32,000 bases of DNA from Candidatus Thorarchaeota archaeon (GCA_008080745.1 SHMX01000003.1:180001-212000), one strand, 5' to 3'; shown: positions 17,891 to 26,703, numbered from the stretch's first letter. The notes: a model not told the origin generated them from the sequence alone. Numbers and translations: made by a program.

Positions 17891-19561
17891 ATGACAGACC
17901 AACATGAGGAGTTAATTCGCCGTGACACGGTTAGCAGAAATTTCCTCTTCGAGTCTATATCACGTATGTTGGTCTATATCGGAGGGATAGTTTCCTCAGC
18001 TCTCTTAACACGTTCCCTCGACATAACAACAGCTTGGACGATTGTCGACTATGCCAATCTTAAAGTCTTAATGAATTGGAGCAATGTTGTTGCAGTATTT
18101 ATTACATTAGGTATTTCAACATCGATAATAAAATCAGTATCAGAAAATGCACGAAATCGAGAGAATGTTGGAAGAATAATAACAATCTCTCTGATAACTG
18201 TGACTTTTACATTCGTGCTTGTGTCTTTTATTACTGTTTTCTTTGCAGAACCTCTAAATTTCTTGGTCGAGTCCACCCCTGAAGCTACAAATGAAATGAG
18301 ATTTCTATGGATACTTGTACTACTCTCGTTTCTTCCCACTGCGTATACCCGGATAATATATTCAGTCTTTTCAGGTGTTCAAAGGAGAATTAGAATTCTT
18401 ACAGTGGATATCATTTTCAATTTATCAAGAATCATTTTGATTGTATACCTTTTTCTATCAAGTAGCCTAACTATTTTCTCAATTATTATTATGTTTCTCA
18501 TCACAAATTTGATAGCTTTCATTCTTGCTGGGATAATTCTGGTACGGCTAGTGCGTATTGAAAATATCAAATTAGGTATTGAGGGTTGGAGAAAATCGAT
18601 GGGTCAATTCTGGAACATCTTTTTCGTGTTTGGATTTCTCTCATTCATATCAGTCTTCTTCAATTTTGTTACACCATTATTTGTTGATGCTCTAGGTACT
18701 GATTTGGATATGGCAAGGTATTCATGGAGCCAAAATACAGTATATACAATTCGAAACTTCATTTCCGCTCCATTTGCAGTATTACTTCCAAATATAGCAG
18801 CATATTATGCACAAGGGAGAATAAGAGAATTGAAAGATAGATTTGATGAAAGTAATCGAATAATTATTCCTACACTTCTTTTTGTTGCAATTTCAGTGTT
18901 TATATTTGGGGATGCGGCGTTGGGCACAATTTATGGTATTAGAGCATTGGACTCAACGGGGGGATATTCTGCATTTCAGTTCATGCAGATTATGGCACTA
19001 AACTTGTTTTTTATCCCTCTGTCAACCCTATATGGTAATCTTCTTACAGCATTGGGAAGACTAAGATTTCTCCTTGCTGCTGGGTTGATCTCGGTGATTT
19101 TGCAGGCACTTTGGATTATTCTACTACAACCAATCTTTGGAATTATTATAATTGCACTATCCTGGATTATATATATTCCAGTGTTTTTAGGACATCATAT
19201 ATATTGCAAAAAGAGGTTAGACCTTACCATATCAACAAATCTCCTAAAGAAAACAGCTCTACTTGCCATAATTCTCGTACCCTTAGCAGTAATCTTTTCC
19301 AATGCGTCCATTATTACCCTTGAAATACTTGGTTTCATACCTCTTTTGAAATATACAACATTCTATTCTCTTGGTCGAGCTCTCTTCATAGTGCCTATGT
19401 GGTATCTTTTCATAGGAATATGTATTTCATTAGGTATTCTGAAGCCTTCAGATATGGAGAGCTTGAAAAGATTCCTAAAGAAAATTCCACCCATTTGGTG
19501 GGTTTCAAAACCCATTTTGCGGATAATGGAGAAAGCTCTAAAGAGGACTAATACAATTTGA
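17891..19561 (+). CDS. Polysaccharide/oligosaccharide flippase (Wzx/MOP superfamily)
   Basis: About 14 hydrophobic segments; RDTVSRNFLFESISR N-terminus, LLPNIAAYY, LLTALGR; located in a glycosyltransferase cluster. Confidence 0.85.
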   Translation: MTDQHEELIRRDTVSRNFLFESISRMLVYIGGIVSSALLTRSLDITTAWTIVDYANLKVLMNWSNVVAVFITLGISTSIIKSVSENARNRENVGRIITISLITVTFTFVLVSFITVFFAEPLNFLVESTPEATNEMRFLWILVLLSFLPTAYTRIIYSVFSGVQRRIRILTVDIIFNLSRIILIVYLFLSSSLTIFSIIIMFLITNLIAFILAGIILVRLVRIENIKLGIEGWRKSMGQFWNIFFVFGFLSFISVFFNFVTPLFVDALGTDLDMARYSWSQNTVYTIRNFISAPFAVLLPNIAAYYAQGRIRELKDRFDESNRIIIPTLLFVAISVFIFGDAALGTIYGIRALDSTGGYSAFQFMQIMALNLFFIPLSTLYGNLLTALGRLRFLLAAGLISVILQALWIILLQPIFGIIIIALSWIIYIPVFLGHHIYCKKRLDLTISTNLLKKTALLAIILVPLAVIFSNASIITLEILGFIPLLKYTTFYSLGRALFIVPMWYLFIGICISLGILKPSDMESLKRFLKKIPPIWWVSKPILRIMEKALKRTNTI

Positions 19562-20751
19562 AACGCATGCGAGTGTTGACCATCTCCAATCCGAATAGTG
19601 TTCATACAAAAAAGTGGATAGAAGGGTTAAAAGAAAAGGGGCTAGATGTATTACTCATCTATGTAGACAAATGGTTTCAAGTTAGTAAAAGGAAACCAGG
19701 AAATTTAGGTGTGAAAACAATTATTCTGAAGGATCCTACCATCACTCAAATCATTACAGAACTTCCAAAACCACATCAATTTTCCAATGTGATAAAAGAC
19801 CTGAAGGGCGCCACTCTACTACATCAGAAACTACCTATTCTAGGTAGACAAGTAAAAGAAATATCTGAGAAGAATGAGGTTGATATAATCCATGGCCATG
19901 GAATGGCAGCAGCAGGTCTGCTAGCATGGGCTAGTAATTTTCACCCATATAGTGTATCGGTTTGGGGATCAGACCTCTATTTGGCACCAAAAAAATATCC
20001 ATATGTTAGAAGCCTGATCCAGAAATCGTTTGAAGGGGCGGATTTCATACAAGTTCATAGTGAATTGGCTGCAGAACGTGTCAGAGAGCTCGCTCAAGTT
20101 CAACCCGATAAGCTAATGATTAGTACATGGGGAGTGGATACTGAATATTTCACACCTAGAAAGAGCAATCCAGAGGTCTTCACAAAATTTCGCATACCTA
20201 CCAAAAGATACCTCCTCAGTTTTAGATCATTAGAAAAGCTCTACCAGATTGATAAAATTATACAGGCATTTGGAAGAATATATCATGATTTTCCTGATAC
20301 ATCTCTGCTGATATCAAATGAGGGGAAAGAAAAACCAAAATGCATTGAACTTGCAAAAGAGCTGGGAATTAAAGATAGAGTCATTTTTCCAGGGTTCATA
20401 GAGTATGATAGTGATGATAGGCCAGCTATGATTGCATCTGCATATTGTGTTGTACAGTGTCCAATGTCAGATGGGGTGTCGATATCAGCATTGGAATCTT
20501 TGGCATCAGGTCAACCAATAATCTCTTCAGATGCAGGTGAGAACCGGATAATAATTAAAGATGGCAAAAATGGTTTTCTGGTCAATCCGCCTTATGAAAA
20601 AAATTTAGCAGATGCAATACGAGAATTACTATCAAATCCAGATCTAAGAACACAAATGGCTCATGCCGCAAGAGAAAGTGCAGTAAAATATTATAATCAA
20701 TCAAAATTTTTTGAGGAGTATATCACTAGAGCAAAGATGAGTAGAAATTGA
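19558..20751 (+). CDS. GT4 glycosyltransferase
   Basis: VDIIHGH, SVWGSDL, SFRSLEKLYQID, SDGVSISALESLASGQPII, NGFLV; overlaps the flippase stop codon (TTGA). ATG 19567 is an alternative start. Confidence 0.9.
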   Translation: MKRMRVLTISNPNSVHTKKWIEGLKEKGLDVLLIYVDKWFQVSKRKPGNLGVKTIILKDPTITQIITELPKPHQFSNVIKDLKGATLLHQKLPILGRQVKEISEKNEVDIIHGHGMAAAGLLAWASNFHPYSVSVWGSDLYLAPKKYPYVRSLIQKSFEGADFIQVHSELAAERVRELAQVQPDKLMISTWGVDTEYFTPRKSNPEVFTKFRIPTKRYLLSFRSLEKLYQIDKIIQAFGRIYHDFPDTSLLISNEGKEKPKCIELAKELGIKDRVIFPGFIEYDSDDRPAMIASAYCVVQCPMSDGVSISALESLASGQPIISSDAGENRIIIKDGKNGFLVNPPYEKNLADAIRELLSNPDLRTQMAHAARESAVKYYNQSKFFEEYITRAKMSRN

Positions 20752-20774
20752 TACTAATCACCTACAAACTTTCG

Positions 20775-22016
20775 TTATTTATCAATCAAAAAATCTAAAA
20801 TTCCAGCTAGTTTACGAGTCTGTGATTTTCTACTAAATTTTTCGTAATATTCTGGTGATGGTCCTTCAATATCCTTTCCTTGTAGAAACTTGTCAAAAAA
20901 CCCAATTATTCTATCTGCTCCTTCTTGCGGGTCATCACTATCAACAGTGAAACCAAATTTATTGGATTTGATATACTCTTGATGGATTCCCTCCTTGCCA
21001 AAACTCAAAGTTGGTCTCTCTGAAGCAGCATATTCAAACATTTTCATAGCTATAGCATTAGGAAGAACTACCGCACCAAAAAGGAGTAGTACGTGTGATT
21101 TTTGCATTAATTTTAATGCTTCTTGATGAGGCTGGAATCCAACAATATCTATCAAATCTGAAACACCATATCGAGCTGCTTCCTTCAGAAGTCTTAGTTT
21201 TGGCGTGTTGCCCATAAAAACAACCCTACAACGATTCCTCATTTGAGGGCGTTCTTGGAGAGCAATAGAGAGCGAAGCGAAAAATGGCTCTGCTGTTAGT
21301 TTTCCATATATTGATCCAACATACCCAAATAAGAAAACATCATTATTGGGGGTATGGTTAATGGATTTGAAATCATCAGGGTCGTATCCATTTGGAATCA
21401 CAGACACTTTGCTTTGACTGATACCCATTTTATCTGTGATGTCATCTTGCATAAGACGATGAACTACCACGACATGATCGAATTTCCTGAGAATTTTTGA
21501 TTCATATATCCGATAGAACTTATGATGAAATCTCGTGGGCCAGTTGATATGTTCGTTTGCGGAGTAAGGATCCCTCAAATCAGCTATGATAGGAAGTCCA
21601 GTTTTCTTCTTCAAAGCAATAGCAATTCGGAGACTAGAGTAAGGAGGAGCAGTAGCATATATTGCATCGAACTTATTTCGTTCCACTATACTTTTTCCTA
21701 AATTAATTGCTCCAGGAACCCAATCAAAAAAAGAATCTACAAATGTGAAGAATGAATGATAACGATAAAGTCCCTTTCTCAAAAATTTCCTTATGACAGA
21801 GAAAATCGGTATCCTGAAGGAACGGAATATTTGCTGGCCTTGTGGAATCTGGGATATTAAACTAGTATCACGACTAAATGTTTGGTCATTAGCAACAGTC
21901 AGAATGGAACTAGTCCATCCGAATTCGGGAAAATATTTCGAGAATTTTAGAGGTCTCTGTGCTGCAACGCCTCCAATAGGAGGATAATGATAGGCAATCA
22001 TTAGGATTTTCTTCAT
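20775..22016 (-). CDS. GT4 glycosyltransferase
   Basis: MKKILMIAYHYPPIGGVAAQR, YATAPPYS, DLRDPY, IPNGYD, KMFEYAAS. Confidence 0.9.
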   Translation of the reverse strand: MKKILMIAYHYPPIGGVAAQRPLKFSKYFPEFGWTSSILTVANDQTFSRDTSLISQIPQGQQIFRSFRIPIFSVIRKFLRKGLYRYHSFFTFVDSFFDWVPGAINLGKSIVERNKFDAIYATAPPYSSLRIAIALKKKTGLPIIADLRDPYSANEHINWPTRFHHKFYRIYESKILRKFDHVVVVHRLMQDDITDKMGISQSKVSVIPNGYDPDDFKSINHTPNNDVFLFGYVGSIYGKLTAEPFFASLSIALQERPQMRNRCRVVFMGNTPKLRLLKEAARYGVSDLIDIVGFQPHQEALKLMQKSHVLLLFGAVVLPNAIAMKMFEYAASERPTLSFGKEGIHQEYIKSNKFGFTVDSDDPQEGADRIIGFFDKFLQGKDIEGPSPEYYEKFSRKSQTRKLAGILDFLIDK

Positions 22017-22297
22017 TCTAACACAAAATGATGAAACCTCGAGAATAAATGAGTGTATCGGAAAATGAAACTAGACTTGTTAATTCATGATATATCATTG
22101 ATAAAATTTTGAATGAGAAAATTATAACATCAGTAAAAAGTAGCATATTCAATACGTAATTGAAAAGTTAACGAGGAAACTATAGTCAATGAAACCATAG
22201 TTATTTTCTTTATACTTTTTTCTGTAAAATATGCACATCAAATAGTCATATCCTCAAAGCCTTATGAGAAGGCGCTCTTTGATAAAGCAACAAATCA

Positions 22298-23077
22298 ATG
22301 GTTCATGAGGAAATCATATTGACATGGAGATTCATTGATACACACTGTCATTTAGAACAAACTGAATTTAACCATGATAGAGCTGCAATAATCAAAAATG
22401 CTCTTGATTCCAAAATCGCCATGATAACATCGGCCATTAGTGAAGATTCTTGGAATTCTGGTATCGAATTAACAGAAAAGTATGATGGCATTTTTACCTC
22501 TATTGGACTGGATCCTACAGGATACGAAAAATGTGAAAATGCAATCGGTTTCATCAAACAATATTCCTCAGACATTGTTTCTATTGGAGAAGTTGGTTTG
22601 GACCATTATAGAACCCGTGATCATTTAGAGAGAGATAGACAAGAGGAGGTATTTCGTAGATTTATCAAATTATCAATAGAATTGAATCTACCAATCCAAA
22701 TTCACTCTAGATCAGCTGGAAAGAAAGCGATAGATGTGTTAGATGATATGAGTGCAGGTGCGGTGCATATGCATGCCTTTGATGGAAAATCAAGTTATGC
22801 TAGAACAGCCTCCCGAGACCTTGGTTACTATTTTTCTATACCCCCTTCTGTTGTCAGATCCCCTCAAAAACAGAAACTTGTGAAGGCAATCGATCTGGAA
22901 AAATTACTTCTCGAAACAGACAGTCCGGTTCTAGGACCAGAAAGAGGTGTAAGAAATAATCCAAATAATATAAGAGTTGCACTGCAAAAAGTTTCCGAAA
23001 TATTGGGTAGAGACGAGGAAGAATTGAGGAAAATAATCATGGAAAACACTCTAAGGCTCTATACCAAAATAAGATGA
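22298..23077 (+). CDS. tatD: TatD-family metal-dependent nuclease
   Basis: DTHCH, IGEVGLD, IHSR, HAF and ETDSP motifs. Confidence 0.92.
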   Translation: MVHEEIILTWRFIDTHCHLEQTEFNHDRAAIIKNALDSKIAMITSAISEDSWNSGIELTEKYDGIFTSIGLDPTGYEKCENAIGFIKQYSSDIVSIGEVGLDHYRTRDHLERDRQEEVFRRFIKLSIELNLPIQIHSRSAGKKAIDVLDDMSAGAVHMHAFDGKSSYARTASRDLGYYFSIPPSVVRSPQKQKLVKAIDLEKLLLETDSPVLGPERGVRNNPNNIRVALQKVSEILGRDEEELRKIIMENTLRLYTKIR

Positions 23078-23092
23078 TTTAGAGGGTGTAAA

Positions 23093-23734
23093 ATGGTTAA
23101 ACTAGAAGAAAGATTAGAAGAAATTGTTTCAAGGTCCACCTATCAAACAGCTAGAAAAGAATGGATTTCGAGTCAGATTGATCATGAAAAACCTCTATAC
23201 AACTATAGGTTAGATCATGTGAAAGAGGTCGTTAGAGTTGCGAAAATTCTTGTAGAGCATGAAGATGGCGATAAAGAAGTTGTAATTCCTGCTGCTTGGC
23301 TTCATGATGTAGCAAAACCAGGATTAGGTGGGGTGAAAAAACATGGTATAAAAAGTGCTGAAAAGGCCAGGGAAATATTAAAGGACATCGGAATTTCAGA
23401 CGACCTAGTTGAAAAGATTACAGTAAGTATTGCTAAACATGTGGGGCTTTTTCTTGATTCACCATTGGACCCATTGGAAGCACAAATACTATGGGAGGCA
23501 GATAAATTGGTAAAATTGGGTTCTACCGGCCTAATCCATTATTTTATCAACTCCATCAAAATTTGGCCTGGAAGAACTTTATCCGATATTAAGAAGGGTC
23601 TTGATGAATACACAATAACAGCTAGAAAAATCGCTTCCAGTATGCACACGACCACAGCAAAAGAGATGGCAAAGATTCGACTACAGACAGTCGAGTCCTT
23701 TGTAACATCACTCTCAGAGGAATTAGGGATGTGA
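23093..23734 (+). CDS. HD-domain phosphohydrolase
   Basis: RLDHVKEV...AAWLHDVAK...H...KH...ADKL. Confidence 0.88.
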   Translation: MVKLEERLEEIVSRSTYQTARKEWISSQIDHEKPLYNYRLDHVKEVVRVAKILVEHEDGDKEVVIPAAWLHDVAKPGLGGVKKHGIKSAEKAREILKDIGISDDLVEKITVSIAKHVGLFLDSPLDPLEAQILWEADKLVKLGSTGLIHYFINSIKIWPGRTLSDIKKGLDEYTITARKIASSMHTTTAKEMAKIRLQTVESFVTSLSEELGM

Positions 23735-23735
23735 A

Positions 23736-24548
23736 ATGAACCAAGAACAAATGATTGCAGGAATTCTTTCTATTGGTGATGAAGTACTAGATGGATTAGT
23801 CTTAGATACCAATTCAAACTGGATTGAACTTAGACTAGCAATGCTTTCTGTAGAAGTGAAAAGATTGGTTTCTGTAAGAGATCAAGTAGATGAGATTGGA
23901 CAAGCATTGGATTTTCTGATGGATTCCTGTGACATCATCATCACATCAGGGGGGTTAGGACCAACTCATGATGATCTAACATTACAAGCTATTGCAAACA
24001 AGTTTGAAAGAGGACTTGTTGAAAATCCCGAAGCTCTTGAGATAGTAAAACGACAATATCGATCGTTCTATGAGAGAGGGATTATAGATAGCCCAGAGAT
24101 GATCGAGAGTAGAAGAAAAATGGCATCAATTCCCGAGGGAAGTATACCATTAGATAATCAGGTGGGAGGTGCTCCAGGGGTAATGATTGAAGAAAAAGGA
24201 ACGACAATTTTTTGCTTACCTGGTGTGCCACCTGAGTTGAAATTCATCTTTGATAATTCAATAAAACCATGGATTGAAGAGCGTGTTCCCAACACCTATT
24301 CAGAATGCATTGTTGAATTTCCATTTAGAGATGAATCGGTATTTGCTCCCTATCTTGATAATACCATGAGTGAAATCAATGGGATTTACTTGAAATCCAT
24401 GCCTAAAAGGTATGGAACAGCTGCGGTTTTGAGAGTGTGGATATCCGCTAGGGGAGAAGAGAAAGACATACTAGATGAAAAGGTGGAACAAGCTATAGTT
24501 ACACTTGAGAAGCTTTCAGGGAAAAGAGCAAAACGAATTGAGAGCTAA
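23736..24548 (+). CDS. CinA N-terminal-like molybdopterin-binding-domain protein (putative nucleotide pyrophosphatase)
   Basis: SIGDEVLDG, DTNS, SGGLGPTHDDLT, GGAPG, LPGVPPE; lacks the C-terminal PncC domain. Confidence 0.88.
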   Translation: MNQEQMIAGILSIGDEVLDGLVLDTNSNWIELRLAMLSVEVKRLVSVRDQVDEIGQALDFLMDSCDIIITSGGLGPTHDDLTLQAIANKFERGLVENPEALEIVKRQYRSFYERGIIDSPEMIESRRKMASIPEGSIPLDNQVGGAPGVMIEEKGTTIFCLPGVPPELKFIFDNSIKPWIEERVPNTYSECIVEFPFRDESVFAPYLDNTMSEINGIYLKSMPKRYGTAAVLRVWISARGEEKDILDEKVEQAIVTLEKLSGKRAKRIES

Positions 24549-24627
24549 AATGACCAAATCCGATAAGTATATGGTTAGGTTTCGCAGGCATATGAAATCG
24601 GAGAGCTGAATCTTGCAGGTCGAATTT

Positions 24628-25383
24628 ATGATTACATTTGAAGACATAATTGTCTATTTCATTGCAGTGCTCTACGCTGTAACTGTATTGACTGTTGCAG
24701 ATGTTGCAAGAAGAAAGTTGAATATGGGTTCTGATTTTACACGAAAAATAGTTCATCTATTTGCAGGTGCAGCAATTTGGACAGTTCCATATTATCCCCA
24801 TCCGTGGGTGGCAACCCTTGTAGCACTAACGTTTGTGATTATGTTGGGGATGGCAAGCTCTCATCGATTTGAGAGATTTTTCCATGCTATGGCAAGAAGT
24901 GAAGATGAACAGAGTGATTCAGTAAGGGGTCCATTCTGGTACGCGGTATCTATTACAGTACTGACTGCAATATTCACATTTACTGGAAATGATGCCTGGT
25001 ATTTCATAGCTGCTGCTGCAATTCACATCATGATGCTAGGTGATGGTCTCTCTGCACCAATAGGGATGAAATGGGGGGTTAATCATTGCATAGAAATCAA
25101 AGGTTCAAAAAGAAGTCTTCATGGTTGCTCAGCACTCTTTATCTTTGGATTCATTGGCTCTCTGATAGCATTCTGGTTCTTTGGAGTTGTTAACTATCAG
25201 GTCTTTGTTAGTGGAGGACAAATCCTCTTCATTGAGATGATAATTTTAGCACTAGCCGGAGCTGTAACTGCCACACTTGTGGAACTAGTTAGTCCAAAAG
25301 GCACCGATAATGTAACGGTTCCAATGATTTGCACTGTTGTCATGTTCTACATCGCAATTTTACTTGGAATAATCGTGATATAG
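24628..25383 (+). CDS. CTP-dependent polyprenol kinase (dolichol/phytol/farnesol kinase family), integral membrane protein
   Basis: RKIVHL, GDGLSAPIG, KRSLHG, ELVS...DNVTVP motifs; multiple TM segments; ATG 24628. Confidence 0.85.
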   Translation: MITFEDIIVYFIAVLYAVTVLTVADVARRKLNMGSDFTRKIVHLFAGAAIWTVPYYPHPWVATLVALTFVIMLGMASSHRFERFFHAMARSEDEQSDSVRGPFWYAVSITVLTAIFTFTGNDAWYFIAAAAIHIMMLGDGLSAPIGMKWGVNHCIEIKGSKRSLHGCSALFIFGFIGSLIAFWFFGVVNYQVFVSGGQILFIEMIILALAGAVTATLVELVSPKGTDNVTVPMICTVVMFYIAILLGIIVI

Positions 25384-25384
25384 A

Positions 25385-25960
25385 TTATCTCTTTGAATCA
25401 ATTACCAAACGATAGTAATATGTTCGACCTGCGGTTTCACTAGCACGTTCAACACGAATGACTTGCCCAGTTCGTGCTCCAAGAACTCTAGCTGCGGGAT
25501 CATCGCGGCGTATTCGAGGAAGATGGGGTTTGTCAATTCCATAATGATCGAGAACAAGATCTACTTCATCTTGATCAGCAATTGTATGTTCTGGGACCAA
25601 ATCATGCCCGAAAAGATCAAATGAGGCATAATTACCCTCGACTAGTTCTATGCTATTCTTACGTGAGTGCTTTTTAGCTGCTGGTGTAAATCGAGCGCCT
25701 CCCACAATCATCCCGCGTGTCGCATCTTCCAATTCCATATCCCGTTGGATATCACGAGCCACAGCTACACCAACTACTTTGGGTTCTTTCAAGACCCATA
25801 CAATCATTTTGATAGTGATTCCCTCATCATTAGTTCGAGTGGGATGCATCACATAACGATTCTCATATTCAAATAACTCATCGACCTCATAACCCCTTAA
25901 AGTTAGGAGAGATCTTGTCTTCATTACGACTGTGGGAAATTCAACCAAAATACTCAACAC
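25385..25960 (-). CDS. rpoH: DNA-directed RNA polymerase subunit Rpb5/RpoH, two-domain (jaw plus assembly) form, paralog 2
   Basis: C-terminal HDLVPEH...LPRIRRDDPAARVLGA..G.VIRVER.SETAG..YYR; N-terminal RGY, EPKVVG and TPAA align with eukaryotic Rpb5. The true start may be TTG 25948. Confidence 0.92.
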   Translation of the reverse strand: MLSILVEFPTVVMKTRSLLTLRGYEVDELFEYENRYVMHPTRTNDEGITIKMIVWVLKEPKVVGVAVARDIQRDMELEDATRGMIVGGARFTPAAKKHSRKNSIELVEGNYASFDLFGHDLVPEHTIADQDEVDLVLDHYGIDKPHLPRIRRDDPAARVLGARTGQVIRVERASETAGRTYYYRLVIDSKR

Positions 25961-25972
25961 CAGAGCTAATTA

Positions 25973-26002
25973 CAACTCTCCGAGTTGAGGATATAAGGTT
26001 TC
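25973..26002 (-). promoter_or_regulatory. Putative internal promoter (BRE-like plus TATA) and palindromic operator for Rpb5 paralog 2
   Basis: Minus strand GAAACC-TTATAT (26002-25991), then CAACTC-N3-GAGTTG (25973-25987), about 30 nt upstream of the start codon. Confidence 0.45.
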
Positions 26003-26023
26003 TTGAATGGCTATGCCGACTAT

Positions 26024-26581
26024 CTATCTTGCACCATCAACTACCAGACGGTAGTAGTACGTCATACCAGCAACTGGACTTTCGCGTTCTATTCGAACAA
26101 TCTGGCCGGGTCTTGCTCCCAAGACTTTTACAGCTGGATCTTCTCGGATTATCCGAGGTAATTCAGACCGGGTGATCCCATAATAGTCCAGTAGCATATC
26201 AATTTCATCTTCATCTGCAATCCGATGTCGTGGTACAAGATGATGTTCAAAAAGATCAAATGAAGCATAATTGCCTTGAATAAGCTCCACCCGAAGCCCC
26301 CGAGCACTCTTTTTCGCCGCTGGAGTGAATCTCAAACCTCCAACCAGCATACCAATACTAGCATTTTGTTCTTGCATCTCGAGATTGAGGTCTTTCACAA
26401 CCGCGATTCCTATCACAGAAGGCTCTTTGAATATCCATACTACCTGCTTAATCTCTGCACCATTTTTCTTACGTGTGGGATAAAGGGCATATCGATTTTC
26501 ATATTCAAACATCTGAGATACTTCGAAACCACGCATGGTCAATAGGTTTCTTGTCTTGATTATGATTGCTGGTAAATCCAC
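26024..26581 (-). CDS. rpoH: DNA-directed RNA polymerase subunit Rpb5/RpoH, two-domain form, paralog 1
   Basis: GTG start with GAGGTG; HHLVPRH...LPRIIREDPAVKVLGARPGQIVRIERESPVAG..YYR; N-terminal RGF, EPSVIG, TPAA. Confidence 0.92.
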   Translation of the reverse strand: MDLPAIIIKTRNLLTMRGFEVSQMFEYENRYALYPTRKKNGAEIKQVVWIFKEPSVIGIAVVKDLNLEMQEQNASIGMLVGGLRFTPAAKKSARGLRVELIQGNYASFDLFEHHLVPRHRIADEDEIDMLLDYYGITRSELPRIIREDPAVKVLGARPGQIVRIERESPVAGMTYYYRLVVDGAR

Positions 26582-26583
26582 TA

Positions 26584-26654
26584 TTTGTCACCTCGACAAA
26601 GAAATTCAGAGCCAGCGACTGTAATTTGCTAATAAGTATTGTCAATATTGACAA
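26584..26654. promoter_or_regulatory. Two TTGTC...GACAA inverted repeats upstream of Rpb5 paralog 1
   Basis: Perfect 16-bp palindrome TTGTCAATATTGACAA (26639-26654) and TTTGTC-ACCTC-GACAAA (26584-26600), the latter enclosing the ribosome-binding site. Confidence 0.5.
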
Positions 26655-26694
26655 AGAAGTAATAATAACGGCACTGGCGAAAAACCAATGCCAT
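26655..26694 (-). terminator. Stem-loop downstream of the desulforedoxin-like gene
   Basis: Minus-strand AUGGCAUUGG-UUUUUCG-CCAGUGCCGU, a 10-bp stem whose G-U pairs work only on the minus strand, followed by UAUUAUUACUUCUUU. Confidence 0.5.
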
Positions 26695-26703
26695 TTTGAA
26701 TAA

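Noticed and set aside
25385-26581. N-terminal domains read as Mrr-type restriction endonucleases
   Set aside because: No PD-(D/E)XK or D..(Q/E)xK catalytic residues; the pattern fits the nuclease-fold but inactive Rpb5 jaw domain.
25385-26581. Duplication as an assembly artefact
   Set aside because: About 40% amino-acid divergence and a one-residue indel between the copies.
26655-26694. 3' hairpin as a SECIS element
   Set aside because: The upstream mini-gene has no in-frame TGA and the stem lacks SECIS consensus motifs.
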